16,182 nt of DNA from positions 1 to 16,182 of the IMG/VR virus record IMGVR_UViG_2526164689_000027, one strand, 5' to 3'. This document shows, in pieces, positions 1 through 6,323 of this stretch; within the stretch, counting starts at the first letter, position 1, and each line of letters begins with the position of its first letter. Source of the DNA: a virus (taxonomy: Duplodnaviria; Heunggongvirae; Uroviricota; Caudoviricetes). Under the pieces are notes generated by a model. That model was given only the letters and a program-made list of their open reading frames with translations, was not told the origin of the DNA and did no database searches. The translations under genes and the position numbers were made by a program.

Positions 1-399
1 ATTCAGCGTACTCATATCCTGCACATCATGCAGGCAGTGGTCAGCCGGGATGATGTCGTTATACGTACAACTCTCTCCACCCGGAGTTACCGTGCTGCGG
101 CGCGCCAGCTGTTTAATGCGCGGATCCGGAGCATCGTAAGAATCCGGTAACGGAAGCCCTTCACCGTAGGCCATGCCGTTGGACTGTCCGGCAAGCACAA
201 CCACGTAGAACCAGTCCGGCTCAGATGAAGGGCCGACCTGTGGATCTCCTTCAATAGCCACCGCCTGCATCAGTGTGTACGGCGTAATGGCAACCGGTCC
301 GCCATATGGCTGCCAGCCCTCTTTCAGTTTGTGTGTCAGCTTTTCCGCAAGGTCTGACGGCGACGCCGCCCTGACAACATCATAATGTTTAATCGACAT
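1..399 (-). CDS. N-terminal 133 codons of a prophage NanS-p-like sialate O-acetylesterase (DUF1737-like N-terminus plus SGNH/SASA esterase domain); 3' end beyond window
   Basis: ATG at 399-397 with GGGAG SD 7 nt upstream; frame stays open to position 1. Translation begins MSIKHYDVVRAASPSDLAEKL and contains DWFYVVVLAGQSNGMAYGEG, which matches the GQSN catalytic-serine block of SGNH esterases. Not in the supplied ORF track because it is truncated. Confidence 0.6.
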   Translation of the reverse strand, partial: MSIKHYDVVRAASPSDLAEKLTHKLKEGWQPYGGPVAITPYTLMQAVAIEGDPQVGPSSEPDWFYVVVLAGQSNGMAYGEGLPLPDSYDAPDPRIKQLARRSTVTPGGESCTYNDIIPADHCLHDVQDMSTLN

Positions 400-782
400 C
401 GAATTTCTCCCGTGTACAGGAACAGAGTTAAAAAGCCGGAACCGGAATCAAATTACAGGATGGCCATCTGCCAGTGGCTGGTCGTAAAAAAAGGCCACGC
501 CATGCGCAGCCGGAAATAAAGGGATAACGATGATAGTTTGAGAAAAACAGAAACGACACTTTTGTGGCAAAGCATGGTGCCGGGTGCCTCCCGGTGAGTT
601 CAGCCCGGTGCCACTAAACCCTCGTCATTCTCGTTTTGATAATCAGAGATTATACCGTCACCAGTCGCCCCTCCGCTCAGGGGGATTCACCATGCAGTTT
701 TTTTCTAACAAATTCTCATCCGGGCAGACAACATTCAACTGACTTAATTGTGAGGTATGTAACATTCCTGTTGAACGGATAC

Positions 783-812
783 AAAAAAAGCCAGCCACTG
801 GGGGAGGCTGGC
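783..812 (-). terminator. Rho-independent terminator (minus-strand transcripts)
   Basis: Perfect 7-bp stem GCCAGCC (790-796) / GGCTGGC (806-812) with a 9-nt loop, followed on the minus strand by a run of 7 U (complement of A783-A789). Confidence 0.5.
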
Positions 813-995
813 GAAACTCGTAGAGCAAAAGTGTTGTTACACTAACTTCGTCACAGGGTTATCCTGCAATACTCAAAATACACAATATTTACAAAACTAA
901 TAGTATACAAGGCGATCTTTAAGATTTTGTTATAAATTATTGCCTTTCTCCTCTTTCCATGAGCTTTCTGGATAGCCACAGAATTCCGGGTACAG

Positions 996-1020
996 AAAAA
1001 CCCGCTCAGCGGCGGGTTTT
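996..1020 (-). terminator. Rho-independent terminator, tR'-like, closing the short transcript from the Q-adjacent promoter; symmetric so possibly bidirectional
   Basis: Stem CCCGC (1001-1005) / GCGGG (1012-1016) with a 6-nt loop, flanked by A5 on one side and T4 on the other, so a U-run follows the hairpin on either strand. Confidence 0.5.
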
Positions 1021-1069
1021 GCTACTTTGCCATCACGTACAAAATCGGCAAAATATCAGATTTGCATGA

Positions 1070-1098
1070 AATATATGCCTTTTAATCTACTTTTGCAA
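1070..1098 (-). promoter_or_regulatory. Sigma-70 late promoter, pR'-like, immediately downstream of the Q-like gene
   Basis: On the minus strand: -35 TTGCAA (1098-1093), 17-nt spacer, -10 TATATT (1075-1070). Predicted start near 1062 gives a ~65-nt transcript ending at the 996-1020 terminator, the arrangement used by Q antiterminators in lambda and phage 82. Confidence 0.35.
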
Positions 1099-1102
1099 TA
1101 CT

Positions 1103-1771
1103 TTACTGTGAAAATGCCGCCTTTTGTTTTAAACGTGTTATCGTCACGAACAATAAAGCCTCATTATCCAGCCGGTGAAAAATGTGTTTCATTGCAACCC
1201 AGTGGCCAGTAAATGTTTTGGACCAGTTTTTGGTTGTCACTCCCGCCAGTAATGCCAGCTCCTGGTATTCATAACCTTCCCCACCAAAAAGTTCTGCTTT
1301 TACTGCCTGCGCCGCCAGCCAGATTAATTTTTTCAGGCGTTCCTGCGTTTTCCCTGCAATTTTTCTGGTACCAGATTGAGTATTAAATTCATTCCACGCC
1401 CACTGTGTTATCGCGATCTGATATTCCCAACAAATGCTCTCGCTGTAACACCACAACAACCAGGCTTTATGATGTTCTTCAAGAGACAGAACAGCCCGCC
1501 GCCACGATGATGTCGAAAACTCAACCGGACTGACCAGAGGAATTGATGTCCCCTTCGCCAGCGATTGCTTTCCCGGGATTGGTGGATTATCCCGCGTTAT
1601 CATTTTTCCGGTCACCTCATCTCTGTACCGGATTTTTTTTCTCCTGTAACGCCCTGTATCGAACATGGCATTCTCCTGCCAGGCTTCAAGCTGACCTTTT
1701 GTTGCCTCACTCAAATCAGCGGTGGCGATAATGAGCTGCTCACGCACAAACTGTAAATACTGGTTATTCAT
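1103..1771 (-). CDS. Late-gene antitermination protein Q-like (222 aa)
   Basis: ATG at 1771 overlaps the rusA stop (ATGA) with GGAG SD; the track start at 1777 is a GTG. Position directly after RusA/DUF968 and directly before a promoter-terminator pair is the canonical Q position. Family assignment is from recollection of prophage Q proteins of this size, not from a computed alignment. Confidence 0.5.
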   Translation of the reverse strand: MNNQYLQFVREQLIIATADLSEATKGQLEAWQENAMFDTGRYRRKKIRYRDEVTGKMITRDNPPIPGKQSLAKGTSIPLVSPVEFSTSSWRRAVLSLEEHHKAWLLWCYSESICWEYQIAITQWAWNEFNTQSGTRKIAGKTQERLKKLIWLAAQAVKAELFGGEGYEYQELALLAGVTTKNWSKTFTGHWVAMKHIFHRLDNEALLFVTITRLKQKAAFSQ

Positions 1772-2127
1772 GCGCACTCCAGTTCTGTGATTTTTATCCC
1801 CAGCCGCCCACCAGAAACGAGCTGACCGCGCACAATATTGATTTCATCAAACTGCTCGTCGTCTATGAGAAGTCCGGCATGCGTCAGCGCATCCAGTGGT
1901 GCTTTCAGGATATTGTCCAGGTCACGACGGCGCTTATCCGGTGGCTCTGCAATAATTTTTATTGCCAGCCGTCCGGACAGGCTTAATTTCAGTCGCTGCT
2001 GGCGAACAATTAGTGCCACATCACGGCGATAACGCTCACCGACTTTTGATACAAAATATGTGTTGCCACGACGTCGCCAGTAAGTATTCACCGTCGGCGG
2101 GTAAGGTAAAACCAAATCTATGAGCAT
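1768..2127 (-). CDS. rusA: Crossover junction endodeoxyribonuclease RusA (Holliday junction resolvase)
   Basis: 119 aa with ATG at 2127 and GAGGTG SD. Contains LPYPPTVNTYWRRRG and PDKRRRDLDNILKAPLDALTHAGLLIDDEQ, matching the conserved RusA core including the catalytic DRRRRDLDN-type block. Confidence 0.85.
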   Translation of the reverse strand: MLIDLVLPYPPTVNTYWRRRGNTYFVSKVGERYRRDVALIVRQQRLKLSLSGRLAIKIIAEPPDKRRRDLDNILKAPLDALTHAGLLIDDEQFDEINIVRGQLVSGGRLGIKITELECA

Positions 2128-2139
2128 CAGTCACCTCTT

Positions 2140-3189
2140 TTACCCGAGCACGCCAGTCGCAAAGGCGTGATCAAGAAAACGAAAAATTAACTCAATCTGA
2201 GAGCCGTACTTTTTCTCAAACTTCAGCGGGTCTGCATGAAGTTCGTTGTGGTGCTCCCGGCACAACGGTAGCGTGAAAATATCGTGGGCCTTTGTTCCCA
2301 CTCCCCCCTGACCATGACCAATCAGGTGATGCGGATCGTCAGCTGGCTTACCACAACACGCACACGGCTGTGTCTTTACCCAGCGCGTGTATTTCTCATT
2401 AACCCAACGGCGACGTTTAGGCCGCCTCATGAACGATTCAGGAGACTCCGGATCAACGGCGATACTGACAACCGTTTTTTTCTGTGGTGGATTTTGTTGC
2501 TGGTGGACGTGAAGTGGCAGCGCAATATTTTTTGTGCGCTGCTTCAGTATGCTGATGGCTGTCTGTTCTCCCGGTACGATGTCACTCTCACGGTATACGG
2601 AGCGGATTTTTTCCGCTGGTAATCCCAGCGAACGACGCGCTACTGCCTCAGGTAGTGCATCCACCACCTGATTGCAGGCCGCCCACCAGGATAATTCGGC
2701 CAGCGATAACTCCCTCTCCTGCGTACCGCTTATTGCGTGACGGATGACATCAATCATCCAGGCAACCAGATTCTGCTGAGCAAGTTGATCGAGTGATTCT
2801 GATGTCTGGTCGCGCAGCTGGTTGTCACAGTGCCAGCACAACACCATCGCGCCGGTACCATAACGGTGAATGACTGTTTCGCTGTGATGATAATCGCCGT
2901 GTGGCCACTGGCAGGATTTCACGTGACGTAATAACCAGTCAGACAGTGCACCTGCACCACCTGCTGCACGAATAACCCGCTCATCGCTGAAAAATGGCAG
3001 TAATGTTTTATCCTCTGCCAGCGGCTGGCGAACGGCAGGAACGACTCCGGACGGCAGACCACGCATGTTTTTCGGTTCCGGCTCCACCAATATTCTGCCG
3101 TTATGGAATACTGACATTGATTCACGGCCTGGCTTAACGATAACCAGACCGAGTTCCGGTACCAGAACAGGTCGAAGTAATACCCGCAC
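2140..3189 (-). CDS. ydfU: DUF968-family prophage protein (YdfU-like) with C-terminal HNH-like motif
   Basis: 349 aa from a GTG start at 3189 with GGAGGT SD, 1 nt after the upstream stop. Synteny with rusA and the Q-like gene matches Qin ydfU. C-terminus CACCGKPADDPHHLIGHGQGGVGTKAHDIFTLPLCREHHNELH resembles an HNH/zinc-finger nuclease motif. Confidence 0.65.
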   Translation of the reverse strand: MRVLLRPVLVPELGLVIVKPGRESMSVFHNGRILVEPEPKNMRGLPSGVVPAVRQPLAEDKTLLPFFSDERVIRAAGGAGALSDWLLRHVKSCQWPHGDYHHSETVIHRYGTGAMVLCWHCDNQLRDQTSESLDQLAQQNLVAWMIDVIRHAISGTQERELSLAELSWWAACNQVVDALPEAVARRSLGLPAEKIRSVYRESDIVPGEQTAISILKQRTKNIALPLHVHQQQNPPQKKTVVSIAVDPESPESFMRRPKRRRWVNEKYTRWVKTQPCACCGKPADDPHHLIGHGQGGVGTKAHDIFTLPLCREHHNELHADPLKFEKKYGSQIELIFRFLDHAFATGVLG

Positions 3190-3190
3190 G

Positions 3191-3460
3191 TTACCTCCAG
3201 ATGCGCTGCAGGAATGTGCGGGACGGACGCGGTGGGCGTTCGGAATAAGGGAGCCTGACGGAGATTATCCAGTGACGACGATCGAAGCTGAGGGCTTTCT
3301 CAAACTCATATCCGCGCCTGCGGTAACACTGGATCAGCCATTCGGCCTGTTCTTCAGTGCATAGGGGATGCTGGAACCAGTCGGTTTTAAATACGTGCGA
3401 ACACCGCCCTTGCCTACTGGCAAGGGCGGCAGAATTGTGCAATCTGCTATCGTGCGCCAT
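3191..3460 (-). CDS. Hypothetical nin-region protein (89 aa)
   Basis: ATG at 3460 with GGAG SD about 9 nt upstream; the stop abuts the DUF968 start. No recognisable motif. Confidence 0.4.
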   Translation of the reverse strand: MAHDSRLHNSAALASRQGRCSHVFKTDWFQHPLCTEEQAEWLIQCYRRRGYEFEKALSFDRRHWIISVRLPYSERPPRPSRTFLQRIWR

Positions 3461-3513
3461 CGGGATCTCCGGTGGCACGGTGTTTCTCAGCGACGGTTCA
3501 AGTCAGCCTGATT

Positions 3514-3741
3514 TTATAGCTGCTTCTGAATATCATCAACAGGTAATCCTGCCAACTCTCTTACCTCAGAAAGAAGAGAAAGGCTTACAACAACCTCATT
3601 ACTTCGCATAACAAAACCACATTGAAAAGAACCATCACTGTTTCTGTAAACAACAACCGGGCGCGTGCTCTCATAAAACCCCGGGATCAAACTGGCTGGG
3701 ATTTTCACAACACCTCCTGACGTAAAGGAAATGAAATGCAT
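3514..3741 (-). CDS. Hypothetical small protein (75 aa; alternative start at 3786)
   Basis: Open frame on the operon strand; ATG at 3741 has only a weak purine-rich SD. No recognisable motif. Confidence 0.3.
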   Translation of the reverse strand: MHFISFTSGGVVKIPASLIPGFYESTRPVVVYRNSDGSFQCGFVMRSNEVVVSLSLLSEVRELAGLPVDDIQKQL

Positions 3742-3929
3742 TATCGCTTCTCTCGGACTATAACCATGAAAAGAGACGCATTTCACTCAGTAAATCTGAG
3801 GATTTTATGCGCAAGAACAATGACTTTTTCTGTCTGCCGTTTATACAATCTGAATTACGTCTATTTTTTGAACACCGATAAATCAGCAAGCATTCTCAAA
3901 TAAAGATTGCCTCCATAGTCCACATGGTG

Positions 3930-3944
3930 TAACACTATGTGTTA
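3930..3944 (+). promoter_or_regulatory. Palindromic putative operator in the promoter of the toxin-antitoxin pair
   Basis: TAACAC-TAT-GTGTTA perfect inverted repeat, overlapping an AT-rich -10-like TATATAAAAT about 20 nt upstream of the toxin ATG (3965). Type II TA operons are usually autoregulated through such palindromes. Confidence 0.3.
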
Positions 3945-3964
3945 TATAAAATGCAGAGGCAGGT

Positions 3965-4336
3965 ATGCGAATTTTCAAAAACGCCTGGTTTGAACGTTTC
4001 GCCCGAAAACATCGGATTTCCGATAAATCGCTGCGCAAAATCGTGGAGCAGGCCGATAAGGGGATCATATCCGCAAATTTGGGTAGTGGTGTCATTAAAC
4101 AAAGATTAGCCCGAAGTGGTGGCGGAAAATCAGGCGGTTACCGGACAATAATTTTTTACCGCGTTGCAGAAAAAGCCTTTTTCATCTACGCATACGCAAA
4201 GAATGAACGAGAGAATATCACTGCTATAGAGGAAAATGCTTTTCGAAAAGCCGCTCCCCATGTCCTCAATCTTACTGATGAACAGCTGGCACAATTGATT
4301 CAACAAGGCCAGTTCACGGAGGTACCCAATGAGTAA
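3965..4336 (+). CDS. RelE/ParE-superfamily toxin, HigB-2 / Gp49-like (123 aa)
   Basis: Block GSGVIKQRLARSGGGKSGGYRTIIFYRVAEKAFFIYAYAKNERENITAIEENAFRK parallels the V. cholerae HigB-2 core (GTGGLRKIRV...GKRGGSRIIYYF...YLLTIYGKNE). Its stop overlaps the start of the next gene by 8 nt, with toxin first as in HigBA-type operons. Confidence 0.7.
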   Translation: MRIFKNAWFERFARKHRISDKSLRKIVEQADKGIISANLGSGVIKQRLARSGGGKSGGYRTIIFYRVAEKAFFIYAYAKNERENITAIEENAFRKAAPHVLNLTDEQLAQLIQQGQFTEVPNE

Positions 4337-4646
4337 AAATTACCGCAGTGATGCACTTGCATCTGTACATGAAATGATGGAGTCACTCCATGATATCGGT
4401 GCAATCACAAAACAAACTATGCGCGAATTCGATGAAACTTGTCTTCAGCCTGCGCCGGTAATGTCTCCGGAAAGGATCCGTGCACTGCGAGAACGAGAGC
4501 ATCTGTCTCAACCTGTTTTTGCCAGATACCTCAACGTCAGTAAAAACCTGATATCAGACTGGGAACGAGGAGTGAAACGCCCGGGAGGTGCAGCTCTTCG
4601 GCTTCTTTCAGTTGTCGAGAAAAACGGGATCCAGGTAATATCCTGA
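4329..4646 (+). CDS. HTH (XRE-type) antitoxin, HigA-2-like (105 aa)
   Basis: Translationally coupled to the toxin. C-terminal region RIRALREREHLSQPVFARYLNVSKNLISDWERGVKRPGGAALRLL is a typical XRE helix-turn-helix. Confidence 0.7.
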   Translation: MSKNYRSDALASVHEMMESLHDIGAITKQTMREFDETCLQPAPVMSPERIRALREREHLSQPVFARYLNVSKNLISDWERGVKRPGGAALRLLSVVEKNGIQVIS

Positions 4647-4748
4647 TATTCTAATACAACAAAACCCGCCGAAGCAGGTTAAGTGCGGGTGCGTTGAGGA
4701 TGCCTGACACATCAGAGGTGGCGAGGGATTTCTCCCTCGCCAGGTCTC

Positions 4749-4904
4749 TTACTCCTCAGGTTCGTAAGCTGTGAAGACAGCGACCTCCGTCTGGCCGGTT
4801 CGGATTCGTACCTCGCAGAGGTCTTTCCTCGTTACCAGTGCCGTCACTATGACGGTTAAACAGATGACAATCAGGGCGATTAACATCGCCTTTTGCTGCT
4901 TCAT
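4749..4904 (-). CDS. hokD: Hok/Gef-family type I membrane toxin (HokD/RelF-like, 51 aa)
   Basis: MKQQKAMLIALIVICLTVIVTALVTRKDLCEVRIRTGQTEVAVFTAYEPEE matches the Hok/Gef family across its full length (transmembrane helix then conserved CEVR..GQTEVAVFTAYE). ATG at 4904; the track ORF extends in frame to an upstream ATG at 4961. Confidence 0.85.
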   Translation of the reverse strand: MKQQKAMLIALIVICLTVIVTALVTRKDLCEVRIRTGQTEVAVFTAYEPEE

Positions 4905-5175
4905 AGCCTGCTTCTCCTTGCCTTTCGGCACGTAAGAGGCTAACCTACATGTGCAAAGCATGAAATTGGCCTCAGATTAATGTTAAGCGTCCTGCAAGAC
5001 GCGTAATGTTAACTGGGGCTTTTCTCTGTCTGCCTTACGGCGGCATGCCCGAGGCAGACAGCCTCAAGCACCCGCAGCAATTCTACTTAACTCTTCTTTC
5101 CCCGCAAATCATTTTATCCCCGATGGTAATGTTCTCCCGATATGGGAATTCCCATATCAAGGTTAACTCAATCGG

Positions 5176-5727
5176 TTAAAGCTCCATTAATTTTCCGGCC
5201 AGTTCATCTCGTGGCATTACCAGCCATCCGCGCGATTTAAGCAAAGCCAGGGCTTCTTCAACCGTCACCAGCTGGCCAGGCGCATAACTTCGGATGAAGG
5301 CGGTTTTATCGTCACGGATCGCCAGGTGAAAATCGATATTCATTTTTCCCATAGCCCGCTCTTTCTCGTACTGGTTGAAGTAACTGTCTTCGAGTTTTTC
5401 GAATACTTCCCACGCCTGATCGGTTTCGAGCATTTTTGCATGACGGGCTGCTCCGCGTTCTGTCCAGAGGATGAGAGTGCGGGTTTTGGGAGAAATTTTC
5501 ACCTCATTTTGCGACTCGTTTAAAACTAGTCGCAAATTTTTGAGCTCATCACCAACAGCTTTAAAGAAGTGTTTTCCCTCAATAAATCGAGATTTATTTT
5601 CATGGTGATTCTGCTGTATACGGATTGCTTCTGTTCCGTAAAGGCGGGCGAGTAACTCAGTTGTGATTACAGGAATCTGGTTATAAGTGACAGGGGAAAG
5701 GTTTTTGACAGTAACTTGAGTCGTCAT
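5176..5727 (-). CDS. ORF6N-domain protein (phage antirepressor-like, 183 aa)
   Basis: ATG at 5727 with GAGGG SD. N-terminus ITTELLARLYGTEAIRIQQNHHENKSRFIEGKHFFKAVGDEL fits the ORF6N/KilA-N-like consensus (from recollection). Confidence 0.5.
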   Translation of the reverse strand: MTTQVTVKNLSPVTYNQIPVITTELLARLYGTEAIRIQQNHHENKSRFIEGKHFFKAVGDELKNLRLVLNESQNEVKISPKTRTLILWTERGAARHAKMLETDQAWEVFEKLEDSYFNQYEKERAMGKMNIDFHLAIRDDKTAFIRSYAPGQLVTVEEALALLKSRGWLVMPRDELAGKLMEL

Positions 5728-5891
5728 GATAACGCCCTCTGGTTGATGAATTTAACTATCACCACCTTCAGGTCTCAATCATCAGGTGGCGAGACGTACA
5801 GGGTTGAGACTACCGGATCAACCAACCGGCCAGCCTTTCGGCTGCCCCATACGCCTCACCATAATTCAGATGTGCGTGCGCATACGACAAT

Positions 5892-5913
5892 AAAAAACAC
5901 GCTCGCGGCGTGT
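5892..5913 (-). terminator. Rho-independent terminator in the nin-type region (tR2-like position)
   Basis: On the minus strand: stem ACACGC / GCGTGT with 5-nt loop CGCGA, followed by 6 U (complement of A5892-A5897). Confidence 0.45.
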
Positions 5914-5998
5914 GTCTGTCGCGGTTGAATATCCGGGGTCTCAATCCCGACGGTCAACTCGACCGTGCGGTGAATATAGCCCCGGATTAGTAATTACG

Positions 5999-6082
5999 TC
6001 AACCCCAGCGGCAAATCGAATAAACCACCAGCGCTACCGCCATTGCAACTCCTGCCGTTACGAATGCCTCAGGCCAGGTCAT
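5999..6082 (-). CDS. Possible 27-aa hydrophobic peptide (MTWPEAFVTAGVAMAVALVVYSICRWG)
   Basis: ATG overlaps the stop of the upstream small gene (ATGA, 6082-6079). The peptide is one predicted transmembrane helix. Below the size cutoff of the ORF track; no dedicated SD. Confidence 0.2.
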   Translation of the reverse strand: MTWPEAFVTAGVAMAVALVVYSICRWG

Positions 6083-6264
6083 CGTAAACTATCCTCAGCG
6101 CCAATCAGTCCGTTTCGCTTCAGGCAGTCCATCGCTTTATACGGTAATTTGGCTGACAGGCGAAAATCACCCTGCAGCATCAGGCTTATTCCCTTATCCC
6201 GGGCTTTCGCTCTGACCGCTGCCTCGCTACGACCAATCAGACTGCCGATACTTTCGACAGTCAT
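6079..6264 (-). CDS. Small putative DNA-binding protein (61 aa, NinH-like position)
   Basis: ATG at 6264; start is uncertain because the track ORF begins upstream at a non-ATG codon. MTVESIGSLIGRSEAAVRAKARDKGISL looks like a helix-turn-helix. Confidence 0.35.
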   Translation of the reverse strand: MTVESIGSLIGRSEAAVRAKARDKGISLMLQGDFRLSAKLPYKAMDCLKRNGLIGAEDSLR

Positions 6265-6323
6265 CGTTCCCGCGCACTGCCGGAGTATCAGAATTTCAGC
6301 CCGGCACCACGTCTTCCACCCAC

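Noticed and set aside
453-575. 40-codon minus-strand ORF (MLCHKSVVSVFLKLSS...) with a GGGAGG-like SD
   Set aside because: Low-complexity translation inside a GC-rich repeat and terminator patch; not convincing without conservation or expression data.
636-845. 69-aa plus-strand ORF in the Q-to-esterase interval
   Set aside because: No SD, lies antisense to the late transcript and spans the 783-812 terminator hairpin; composition looks non-coding.
400-1102. tRNA genes or Shiga-toxin genes between Q and the late genes, as in Stx phages
   Set aside because: No T-loop-like GGTTCGAATCC motif or its complement, no cloverleaf-compatible segment, and no ORF of stxA or stxB size on the operon strand.
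1027-1212. 61-aa plus-strand ORF overlapping the 3' end of the Q-like gene
   Set aside because: Antisense to the Q-like gene and the promoter region; no SD; shadow ORF.
2284-3364. Plus-strand ORFs of 68-112 aa inside the DUF968 gene region (2284-2622, 3065-3364)
   Set aside because: Antisense shadow frames of a well-supported minus-strand gene.
4905-4961. Treating the 70-aa frame as a longer Hok protein
   Set aside because: Hok/Gef proteins start at the conserved MKQ..KAM; the upstream in-frame codons are more likely leader or a mok-like regulatory frame, kept as a finding rather than a feature.
3829-5034. Shared 12-mer CTGTCTGCC(G/T)T at about 3829-3840 and 5026-5036 as possible insertion scars flanking the TA cassette
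   Set aside because: Too short to separate from chance; not an exact flanking direct repeat.
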